From: Candidatus Aminicenantes bacterium
GTDB taxonomy: Bacteria > Acidobacteriota > Aminicenantia > UBA2199
DNA length: 39,482 bases
Assembly (NCBI GenBank): GCA_029939015.1
Contig: JAOZTV010000001.1
Location: 1 to 39,482, forward strand
Direction: 5' to 3'
Of the stretch, positions 18,015 through 25,890 are shown one piece after another. Every line of letters starts with the position of its first letter. The stretch's first letter is position 1. The position numbers and the translations under genes are program-made. The notes beneath the pieces were generated by a model. That model was not told the DNA's origin. It saw only the letters and a list, made by a program, of their open reading frames with translations, and did no database searches.

Positions 18015-18836
18015 ATGATAAAAAAAGAAAAAAAACCTAGGAAAAGAAGATTAAGAAAGGTAAATTTATCTAAATTGACAGGAATATCATTCTTACCATC
18101 TGTTTTTACACTTTTCAATCTATTTCTCGGATTTGCAGCTCTAAAGAACATTATAAACAATAACTATACAGAAGCTGCCTATTTAATTGTTATTAGCGTT
18201 ATAATGGACGGTTTTGATGGAACAGTTGCAAGGCTTACAAAAACTGAATCAGACTTTGGAATGCAATTAGACTCCCTCGTTGATGCTGTATCATTTGGTC
18301 TTGTACCTGGTTTTTTTATCTATCTCTGGGGATTTACCAATAATCCTTCAACATTTGAACTGATAGGTAAAAATTTTGGTAAGATTGGTCTTGTAGTGGG
18401 TTTTCTTTATGTAAGTGCAGGAGTAATTAGATTAGCAAGATTTAATGTATTTAAGAATGCTGATGCCTTCCCTTCAAATGTTTTTATAGGTTTGCCCATT
18501 CCTGGAGCAGCACTTTCAATTCTATCATTTGTATTATTTACAGATGAATACATAAAAACAAAACCAAACTACTTTTTTATAATTTTTGCAATTTATTCAT
18601 TAATTATTGCATATCTTATGATATCAAATGTAAAATATAGAACTGTTAAGAAAATTAACTCAAAGCATAGTCTAGTCGCTCTTTTTATTTTGGCATCAAT
18701 TATTGGTTCTGCAATCATATTTCCGAAGGTAACAATCCCAGCAATGACTTTTCTATATTTAACCTCCCCAATTCTTTTTGCAATTTTTTCAAAAAAAAAT
18801 ATTAAAAAAGAAGACGTTGAGCTTGAAAGTAAATAA
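18015..18836 (+). CDS. pssA: CDP-diacylglycerol--serine O-phosphatidyltransferase (CDP-alcohol phosphatidyltransferase family)
   Basis: Motif DGFDGTVARLTKTESDFGMQLDSLVDAVSFG (D-G-x2-A-R-x8-G-x3-D-x3-D). Multiple TM segments and a size typical of bacterial type II PssA. Confidence 0.8.
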   Translation: MIKKEKKPRKRRLRKVNLSKLTGISFLPSVFTLFNLFLGFAALKNIINNNYTEAAYLIVISVIMDGFDGTVARLTKTESDFGMQLDSLVDAVSFGLVPGFFIYLWGFTNNPSTFELIGKNFGKIGLVVGFLYVSAGVIRLARFNVFKNADAFPSNVFIGLPIPGAALSILSFVLFTDEYIKTKPNYFFIIFAIYSLIIAYLMISNVKYRTVKKINSKHSLVALFILASIIGSAIIFPKVTIPAMTFLYLTSPILFAIFSKKNIKKEDVELESK

Positions 18837-18870
18837 GGGATCGTGCGAACCCTAAGTATTAAACTTTAAA

Positions 18871-20688
18871 ATGTTAAACGAGAATAGTCTTCTCATACAC
18901 GTCAGACCTTATGTAAAAAGATTAATTTTAGCAATTTTTTTCATGATAATTGTCGCATTTTTTACAGGTATATTAGCACTTATTATCAGACCTATCATTG
19001 ACGAATTATTAATACAAAGTAGTGCAAGTAATAGCATGCATGAATTATCTCAGAAACCAGATATTATTAAAGACTTTTTTGTAGAATTTTTTAATATAAA
19101 AAAAGGTGCTATGACAACTGTTTTGCCAATAATGCTATTCTTTATTTTTCTGGGACAATCTGTTTTTACTTTTCTATCATTATATTTAATGAAAACCCTT
19201 GGTTTGAAGGTTGTTAGAAATATACGAAACCTTGTTTATAAAAATCTTATAAACCAATCAGTTGATTACTTAAATAAAGCAAAAACCGGAGATCTTGTTT
19301 CAAGAATATCCAATGATATTGAAAAAATCAAATTTGCGGTATCTGAAACTCTTTCTGTCTATGTAAGAGAAATATTTACATTTTTAATACTCTTAATTAT
19401 AATCTTTTATCAAGACTGGTTTATGGCTCTCATTTCCTTTGTAATTGCTCCAGTTGCAGCTGTTTTATTAGTTGTTTTTGGTAAAAAAGTAAAAAAAAGA
19501 GGGATTCAATCACAGGAAGTTATTGGGGGAATATCTAATTTCCTATTAGAAACTGTTACCGGGAATAAGGTCGTCAAAGCATATAATATGGAAGACCATG
19601 AAATGAAAAGATTTTCTGAACTCAATGAGAATCATTATAGAATTAATTCTAAAATTGCCTTTGTCTTTTCTATTACGTCTCCAATTATGAATATTATTGG
19701 TGGTATTGTATCTTCTCTTATTTTTCTTATAGGGATGAAAAGAGTTGCGGCGGGTTTAATTACACCCGGTCAATTTATGTCATTTTTAACCGCATTATTT
19801 CTTCTATACAACCCTTTAAAAAGACTCTCGCAGGCAAATAATGATTATCAACAGGGTATTTCAGGTTATAAGAGAATACTCGAAATATTAAAATCTAAAA
19901 ATCCAATCAAAGATAAAACTGATGCAATAAATATGAAGAAAGTTTTTGGCAGTGTTGAATTTGAAAATGTAAGTTTTTCATATATTGATAGTATTCCAGT
20001 AATAAAAAACATGACCTTTAAGGCAGCTCCCGGTGATATGATTGCTCTTGTTGGTGCAAGTGGTAGCGGTAAGACTACAATTATAAATCTTTTGCTTAGA
20101 TTTTATGATAAAAAATCAGGTAAGATTTTAATTGATGGGGAAGAAATCAAAGATATTAGCATAAAGTCACTACGTGATTCTATCAGCCTTGTTACTCAGG
20201 ATGTATTTTTATTTAATGATACAATTTATAATAATATAACTTATGGAAGTAAAAATTTTACAGATGAAGATTTAAAAAGAGTAACAGAAATTGCTAGAGC
20301 AGATAAATTTATTAACAAACTTCCTAAAAAGTTTGAAACAATTGTAGGCGAAAGAGGTGTTTTTCTTTCAAATGGACAAAGGCAGCGAATATCTATAGCA
20401 AGAGCTATTTTAAAGAAACCATCAATTCTTATATTTGACGAAGCAACATCTGCCCTTGACACAGAGTCGGAAAAATTAATTCAAGACGCAATGTTAGACA
20501 TAATGAGAGGACGTACATCCTTTGTCATTGCACATAGACTTTCAACAATTATTGAGGCAGACCAGATTCTTGTCATAGAAGATGGAGAAATAAAAGAGAT
20601 GGGAAGCCATAAAGAATTATTAAAAAAACGTTCAATTTATTATTCCTTATATAATTTGCAATTTCCAGATATGAATATTATAATGTAA
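18871..20688 (+). CDS. ABC exporter, fused permease/ATPase (MsbA/lipid A export-like)
   Basis: Six-TM N-terminal domain. Walker A GASGSGKTT, signature LSNGQRQRISIARA, Walker B ILIFDEATSALD, H-loop AHRLST. Confidence 0.85.
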   Translation: MLNENSLLIHVRPYVKRLILAIFFMIIVAFFTGILALIIRPIIDELLIQSSASNSMHELSQKPDIIKDFFVEFFNIKKGAMTTVLPIMLFFIFLGQSVFTFLSLYLMKTLGLKVVRNIRNLVYKNLINQSVDYLNKAKTGDLVSRISNDIEKIKFAVSETLSVYVREIFTFLILLIIIFYQDWFMALISFVIAPVAAVLLVVFGKKVKKRGIQSQEVIGGISNFLLETVTGNKVVKAYNMEDHEMKRFSELNENHYRINSKIAFVFSITSPIMNIIGGIVSSLIFLIGMKRVAAGLITPGQFMSFLTALFLLYNPLKRLSQANNDYQQGISGYKRILEILKSKNPIKDKTDAINMKKVFGSVEFENVSFSYIDSIPVIKNMTFKAAPGDMIALVGASGSGKTTIINLLLRFYDKKSGKILIDGEEIKDISIKSLRDSISLVTQDVFLFNDTIYNNITYGSKNFTDEDLKRVTEIARADKFINKLPKKFETIVGERGVFLSNGQRQRISIARAILKKPSILIFDEATSALDTESEKLIQDAMLDIMRGRTSFVIAHRLSTIIEADQILVIEDGEIKEMGSHKELLKKRSIYYSLYNLQFPDMNIIM

Positions 20689-20690
20689 TC

Positions 20691-21575
20691 ATGAAAAGTA
20701 TGACAGGATTTTCCCAGGGCAGATTTGAATTTGATAATATTTCTTTAAACATTATTATTAAATCACTCAATCACAGGTTTCTTGATATTTCAATAAAGGG
20801 AACTGGTGTAACTCCAATAACAGATAAGATAATTAGAAAAATTATCAAGAACAATATTATTCGCGGTAAAATTGAAATTGTTTTTGATCTCTTTGAATCA
20901 GACCCAAAAAACTGGGATGTTCAATTCAACGATTATCTACTCGAAGAAATTTTAAATAAGGTATTGAGGTTCAAAAAAAAATATAAAGAGAGCCTTACGC
21001 TCTCACTTGAATCTTTTCTTAAAATACCTTCAATATTTTATCTTGACCAAAAGTATGATGAATTTTCAATTGAAAAAAAGGATGCAATATCTAATTCTAT
21101 TAATACAGTCCTGTCAGGGCTTATAAAAAGCAGAGAAGAGGAAGGACTTTTTATTCAAACTGACTTATTAAATAGTATTGATATCATAATAACCAATATA
21201 AGTATAATTGAATCAATTCAAGATGAAATAGAGGCAAATTTTTTTAACAAATATAAGGAAAAAATCAAGAGATTTTTATCAGACACTGAAATTGACGAGA
21301 GAAGGGTTACGCAGGAAGCAGCAATCGCAGCAGATAGAATCTGTATTAAAGAAGAAATTCAAAGAATAAGAACACATAGCATTAGACTAAAAGAACTAAT
21401 CATAAATAAAAACATTAAAGCCAAAGGTAGAGAATCTGATTTTTTAGCCCAAGAGATGCAAAGAGAAACGCATACAATTTCAGCAAAAACCGGCTCAATG
21501 GATATACATAATAATGTATTAATAATTAGACGAGAAATTGAAAAAATCAAACAGCAGGTACAGAATATTGAATAA
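20691..21575 (+). CDS. yicC: YicC-family stress-induced protein
   Basis: MKSMTGFS start. YicC N-terminal domain and the C-terminal DUF1732-like segment (GRESDFLAQEMQRETHTISAK). Sits in the conserved yicC-remA-gmk order. Confidence 0.85.
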   Translation: MKSMTGFSQGRFEFDNISLNIIIKSLNHRFLDISIKGTGVTPITDKIIRKIIKNNIIRGKIEIVFDLFESDPKNWDVQFNDYLLEEILNKVLRFKKKYKESLTLSLESFLKIPSIFYLDQKYDEFSIEKKDAISNSINTVLSGLIKSREEEGLFIQTDLLNSIDIIITNISIIESIQDEIEANFFNKYKEKIKRFLSDTEIDERRVTQEAAIAADRICIKEEIQRIRTHSIRLKELIINKNIKAKGRESDFLAQEMQRETHTISAKTGSMDIHNNVLIIRREIEKIKQQVQNIE

Positions 21576-21813
21576 ACCTATATTAAATATTGGATTTGGT
21601 AACTCTGTAACAAAAAAAGACGTCACAGCTATTGTACAGCCTAATTCAGCACCCATAAAAAGATTTATAAGAAAAAAGAATGACGAAGGTATGCTAATTG
21701 ACTCTACAATGGGTAAAAAATTAAGGGCAGTAATTGTACTTAGCTCAGGCTTTATTGTCCTATCTGCAATTTCAGCTATAGTTATACAGGCAAGATACGA
21801 AGAGAACAAATAA
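21538..21813 (+). CDS. remA: RemA/YlzA (DUF370) family regulator
   Basis: LNIGFGNSV...IVQPNSAPIKRFIRKKNDEGMLIDSTMGKKLRAVIVLSSGFIVLSAIS. The ATG at 21538 overlaps yicC by 38 nt. A TTG at 21568 giving MNKPILNIGFGN (82 aa) is a more typical start. Confidence 0.8.
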   Translation: MKKSNSRYRILNKPILNIGFGNSVTKKDVTAIVQPNSAPIKRFIRKKNDEGMLIDSTMGKKLRAVIVLSSGFIVLSAISAIVIQARYEENK

Positions 21814-22424
21814 TGAATAAAAAAAACATAATTGTTATTTCAGGTCCATCAGGTAGTGGAAAATCAAGTCTAATTGAAAAATTATTTAATAAATACAAAT
21901 TAAATTTTTCTATATCACATACAACAAGAGCAATCAGAGGTAAAGAAGAGAATGGTATTGACTATCATTTTGTTTCTAAAAACACTTTTGAAACAATGAT
22001 AGAACAAAATGAGTTTGCGGAATGGGCAAAGGTCTATCTTAATTATTATGGTACCAGTTGGGAAGAAATTAAAAATAAATCAGACAAGGGTGACATTCTT
22101 ATTCTGGATATTGACATCCAGGGAGCAAAGAAAATAAAAGAAAAATTTAATGAAGCTGTACTTATACTTATTTCTCCACCATCATTGTCTGAATTAGAAA
22201 AAAGATTGATAAATAGAGAAAAAAGAAATGATAACGACATTAAAACAAGATTAAAAATTGCATTATCCGAGTTAGAAGAATTCCAAATTTATGATTATAT
22301 AATTATCAATGATGATTTAGACAAATCATTTGAAAAACTTGATACAATTTTTTCTGCCTTTAAAAACAGAACACAATTTATTAGCAATGAACTATTAGAA
22401 ATAACAAAAAATTGGAATAATTAA
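21813..22424 (+). CDS. gmk: guanylate kinase
   Basis: P-loop SGPSGSGKSS, SHTTRAIRGKEENGIDYHF, and the EWA..Y.NYYGT motif. TAATG overlap with remA. Confidence 0.9.
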   Translation: MNKKNIIVISGPSGSGKSSLIEKLFNKYKLNFSISHTTRAIRGKEENGIDYHFVSKNTFETMIEQNEFAEWAKVYLNYYGTSWEEIKNKSDKGDILILDIDIQGAKKIKEKFNEAVLILISPPSLSELEKRLINREKRNDNDIKTRLKIALSELEEFQIYDYIIINDDLDKSFEKLDTIFSAFKNRTQFISNELLEITKNWNN

Positions 22425-22426
22425 TA

Positions 22427-23194
22427 ATGAATCAAAGAAATCTACAAAACCCGGTACAGGAACTTCTTAAATTTTACAAAGAAATTGGTGCGGAATTTGT
22501 AGAAATTGACAAAGCGTTTCTAAATAAAAAAAGAGATACAAATACCAAACCATTACGACAAACGGTAAAACCCATAACACATAATCATAAAGCACCCCCA
22601 AAACAAATATCACAAACTTTCACAGAATCTATTGATATAATAAATTCAGATATTTCTAAATGTAATTTATGTGATTTACATAAATCTAAGACAAACTATG
22701 TCCCTGGAGAAGGTTTTTCTAAGCCTGAAATTCTTTTTATTGGAGAGGGTCCAGGTGAACAAGAGGATAAATCCGGCAGACCATTTGTTGGAGATGCAGG
22801 CTTATTACTTGATAAAATTATTGGTAAAATGGGATATAGTCGTAATAATATATATATTGCAAATATTGTAAAATGCAGACCTCCAAATAATAGAACACCA
22901 AATAAAACTGAAGCTAAAGCCTGTTTTTCATTTTTAAGGAGACAAATTGATTTTCTAAAACCTAAAATAATTGTCTGCCTTGGAAAAACTGCCATCAATC
23001 ATTTAATGGGCAAAGAATTATATATTACAAAGGTTCGTGGAACGAGATTTGAATATAATAATATCCCTGTCATTCCAACATTTCACCCTTCATATATACT
23101 GCATCAAAATTCTAACGAAGCAAAATCCAAGGCTAAATGGGCAGTCTGGTCTGATATGGAAAAAGTTCTCAGTATTTTAAAAAACAATAATTAA
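22427..23194 (+). CDS. uracil-DNA glycosylase, family 4, with ~85 aa N-terminal extension
   Basis: C..C.L (Fe-S ligands), GEGPGEQEDKSGRPFVGDAGLLLDKII, NIVKCRPPNNRTP, and HPSYIL near the C-terminus. Confidence 0.85.
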   Translation: MNQRNLQNPVQELLKFYKEIGAEFVEIDKAFLNKKRDTNTKPLRQTVKPITHNHKAPPKQISQTFTESIDIINSDISKCNLCDLHKSKTNYVPGEGFSKPEILFIGEGPGEQEDKSGRPFVGDAGLLLDKIIGKMGYSRNNIYIANIVKCRPPNNRTPNKTEAKACFSFLRRQIDFLKPKIIVCLGKTAINHLMGKELYITKVRGTRFEYNNIPVIPTFHPSYILHQNSNEAKSKAKWAVWSDMEKVLSILKNNN

Positions 23195-23200
23195 TTATTT

Positions 23201-25057
23201 ATGAAAGTCAGTATAGCATTATCCTTAAATATTTATGAAACTTTAACTTATGAATATAAGGGGGAAACAAAAGATTTATACATTGGTTTAAGAGTGATTG
23301 TCCCTGTTGGCAACCTTATACGTACAGGATGGGTTATGTCCTTAGAATCAGATTATACAGGCAGGACAAGAAATATCATCGGTATAATTCAAAGCAATTG
23401 GAAACCAAATAAAGAAACTTTATCTTTTATAAAAAAAATATCAGAATTATATCTAATGTCATCTGGTACATTATTAGACTATTGCCTCTTGCCAGGACAA
23501 AAAGCTATTAAAGATATATATATTAATATTGAAGACAAATTAAAAAGTTTATCAAAATTTTCAACAAAAGAACTATTACATAAGTCAAAGCTGTCCCCTA
23601 TTATACTTCATTATAAAAAGGAAATTGTTTATAAAGAAATCAATAATAATAAACTTGATTTCAAAGAACATTTCTTAAATGGCAAGAATAGATTTAATGA
23701 ATATAATAGTATAATAGATAAAATATTAAAAGAAAAAAGAACTGTTTTAATAATTGTTCCAGACAAACTATCAATTGAATATTTTAAGAAAATAATTCCA
23801 GATATTGACATATATAATTCAACTCAGAAAAAAGCTATTAAAGATAATATATATGAAAAATATTATAACGGAGGCACAGGAGTTTTAATAGGTGGTTTAT
23901 CTGCACTCTTTCTCCAAATAAATAATTTAGCTTGTATAATTTATGAGAAAGGAAATACAATTTACTCAAATAGAGGCGTATTTAACGGAGAAAAAGACTA
24001 TAAAATTCTTGCTTTAAAAAAAGCAGAAGCTAATAAATGTCCAGTTTATATAGGTACTCCATCAATTGAAATAAAAGATTATAAAAATAGTCAAAACAGT
24101 TTGAGTATTATAAAAAATAAAGCTAAAATAAATGTCATTCGAGTTAAAAAAAAGAAAAAAGACTTATTTTCAGATATAATACAATTAACTAAAATTTATT
24201 TTTCAGATAATAAAAAAACATTAATTCTATTAAATAAAAAACAATCAAAAAGTATTCTTTATTGTGAAAAATGCAAAAAAGCAATTAAATGTAATAATTG
24301 TAATAAATATATACAAATAACAGGAAAACTTTCTACAAAATGTCCTCATTGTAATCATAATATCCTAACCAACTGTTCAGTTTGTAATAAACCTCTTGAA
24401 ATCTTAAAAGATGTTAGTATGGACTCTATACAAAAGGTTCTTAAAGATAATGTAACAGATACTGGAATACTAAATATTTCAGCTGAGGATACAAAAGACA
24501 TAAAAGCATTAGAAGAAAACATTAAAACAAGCAAAATCATCATATCAACTCCATTTATAATCGGACCTTATTTTAATGACATATTTGATGCAGTAATATA
24601 CTATAAACCAGAATCTGTATTTGACATGGATTCATATAAAACAGCAGAGAATATTTTTTCAATATTATCAGAAATAAAAAATATCATTAAACCAGAAGGT
24701 AATATCGATATATTTTCAGTATATCATTTTCATTATGTATTCAAATTAATAAATGAAGAAGAAGAATATTTAAGTAGAGAATTAAAATACAGACAATGGT
24801 TCATGTTACCTCCTTTCTACTCTATTTATGAAATTACCATTAAAGAAAAAACAATTAGAGAACTTGGAAAAACTATGAGAGAATTATACATAAAAGAATT
24901 TCAAACATTGAATATAAAAGAGATGAGTCTTCTATCAAGAAAAAAATTAAGAGGAACTTTCAAAGGTATAATAAAAGCACATTTGACTTCAAAAGAATTA
25001 ATTAACTCAGGTATTTTAAATAAGAGAAATATATCAGCAAAGCTTATACATATTTAA
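23201..25057 (+). CDS. priA: PriA-like primosomal protein with degenerate helicase motifs
   Basis: Collinear with PriA: N-terminal 3'-DNA-binding-like region (GLRVIVPVGNLIRTGWVM), a Cys-rich Zn region (CEKCKKAIKCNNCNKY...KCPHCNH...CSVCNK) and a C-terminal MLPPF. The Walker A, DExH and GRAGR positions are not conserved. Confidence 0.6.
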   Translation: MKVSIALSLNIYETLTYEYKGETKDLYIGLRVIVPVGNLIRTGWVMSLESDYTGRTRNIIGIIQSNWKPNKETLSFIKKISELYLMSSGTLLDYCLLPGQKAIKDIYINIEDKLKSLSKFSTKELLHKSKLSPIILHYKKEIVYKEINNNKLDFKEHFLNGKNRFNEYNSIIDKILKEKRTVLIIVPDKLSIEYFKKIIPDIDIYNSTQKKAIKDNIYEKYYNGGTGVLIGGLSALFLQINNLACIIYEKGNTIYSNRGVFNGEKDYKILALKKAEANKCPVYIGTPSIEIKDYKNSQNSLSIIKNKAKINVIRVKKKKKDLFSDIIQLTKIYFSDNKKTLILLNKKQSKSILYCEKCKKAIKCNNCNKYIQITGKLSTKCPHCNHNILTNCSVCNKPLEILKDVSMDSIQKVLKDNVTDTGILNISAEDTKDIKALEENIKTSKIIISTPFIIGPYFNDIFDAVIYYKPESVFDMDSYKTAENIFSILSEIKNIIKPEGNIDIFSVYHFHYVFKLINEEEEYLSRELKYRQWFMLPPFYSIYEITIKEKTIRELGKTMRELYIKEFQTLNIKEMSLLSRKKLRGTFKGIIKAHLTSKELINSGILNKRNISAKLIHI

Positions 25058-25081
25058 TGTAATTATTAATGATATATTTTA

Positions 25082-25110
25082 TTGACATAGAATAATATTT
25101 CTGATATCAA
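25082..25110 (+). promoter_or_regulatory. candidate sigma70-like promoter for the glycyl-radical enzyme operon
   Basis: TTGACA (25082-25087), 17-nt spacer, TATCAA (25105-25110), about 20 nt upstream of the ATG at 25129. Confidence 0.35.
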
Positions 25111-25128
25111 TTACATGGAATAAATAAA

Positions 25129-25890
25129 ATGAACAAAAAGAGTATAAAAGGGAATGTTTTTAGTATAAAAAAATTTGCTGTACATGATGGGCCTGGGATT
25201 CGTACAACAATTTTTTTTAGTGGATGCCCATTAAACTGTTTATGGTGTCATAATCCAGAGAGCAAATGCAATCTTCTTTCCAGTGATGAAAATGACTTCA
25301 TATCTATTGCCGAATTGATTAAAAAAGTTGAGAAAGATAGTATCTTTTATGATGAATCTGGTGGAGGCGTAACTATTTCAGGCGGAGAACCTCTTGTACA
25401 AAAAGAATTTCTTATAGACTTATTGAGAGCATTAACAACACGAAATATTCATACAGTATTAGATACAACTGGATTTTCTACTACAGCAGTTTTTAAAGAT
25501 GTAGCTAAGTTTGTTGATTTGTTTTTATATGATCTAAAAATAATGAATAATAAGAAACATATTAAATACACAGGTGTTTCCAACAGTGAAATACATGAAA
25601 ACTTTGAATATTTAACGACGATTGACAAAAAAGTATGGGTAAGATTTCCAATGATACCTGGCATTACAAATGATACAGAAAATATTCGAAGTATCGGATT
25701 ATTTATTAAAAACAGAAAAAACATTCAAAGGATTTCTGTATTACCTTATCACCCTCTTGCAGGTCATAAGTATAAAAAATTAAACAAAGAATGGGAAATG
25801 GGAGACTTGAAAACTCCTGAAAAAAAAGAAATTGAACGGGTTTGTTCAATATTTGAAGAGTATGGATTAAAAACTTTTATAGGTGGATAA
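25129..25890 (+). CDS. glycyl-radical enzyme activating protein (radical SAM)
   Basis: FAVHDGPGIRTTIFFSGCPLNCLWCHNPE (CX3CX2C) and GGVTISGGEPL. Only 253 aa, with no CX2CX2CX3C auxiliary-cluster insert. Confidence 0.85.
   Translation: MNKKSIKGNVFSIKKFAVHDGPGIRTTIFFSGCPLNCLWCHNPESKCNLLSSDENDFISIAELIKKVEKDSIFYDESGGGVTISGGEPLVQKEFLIDLLRALTTRNIHTVLDTTGFSTTAVFKDVAKFVDLFLYDLKIMNNKKHIKYTGVSNSEIHENFEYLTTIDKKVWVRFPMIPGITNDTENIRSIGLFIKNRKNIQRISVLPYHPLAGHKYKKLNKEWEMGDLKTPEKKEIERVCSIFEEYGLKTFIGG

Noticed and set aside
21519-21809. 96-aa minus-strand ORF opposite remA
   Set aside because: The plus-strand frame encodes a clear DUF370/RemA sequence in the conserved yicC-remA-gmk order, so the antisense frame is spurious.
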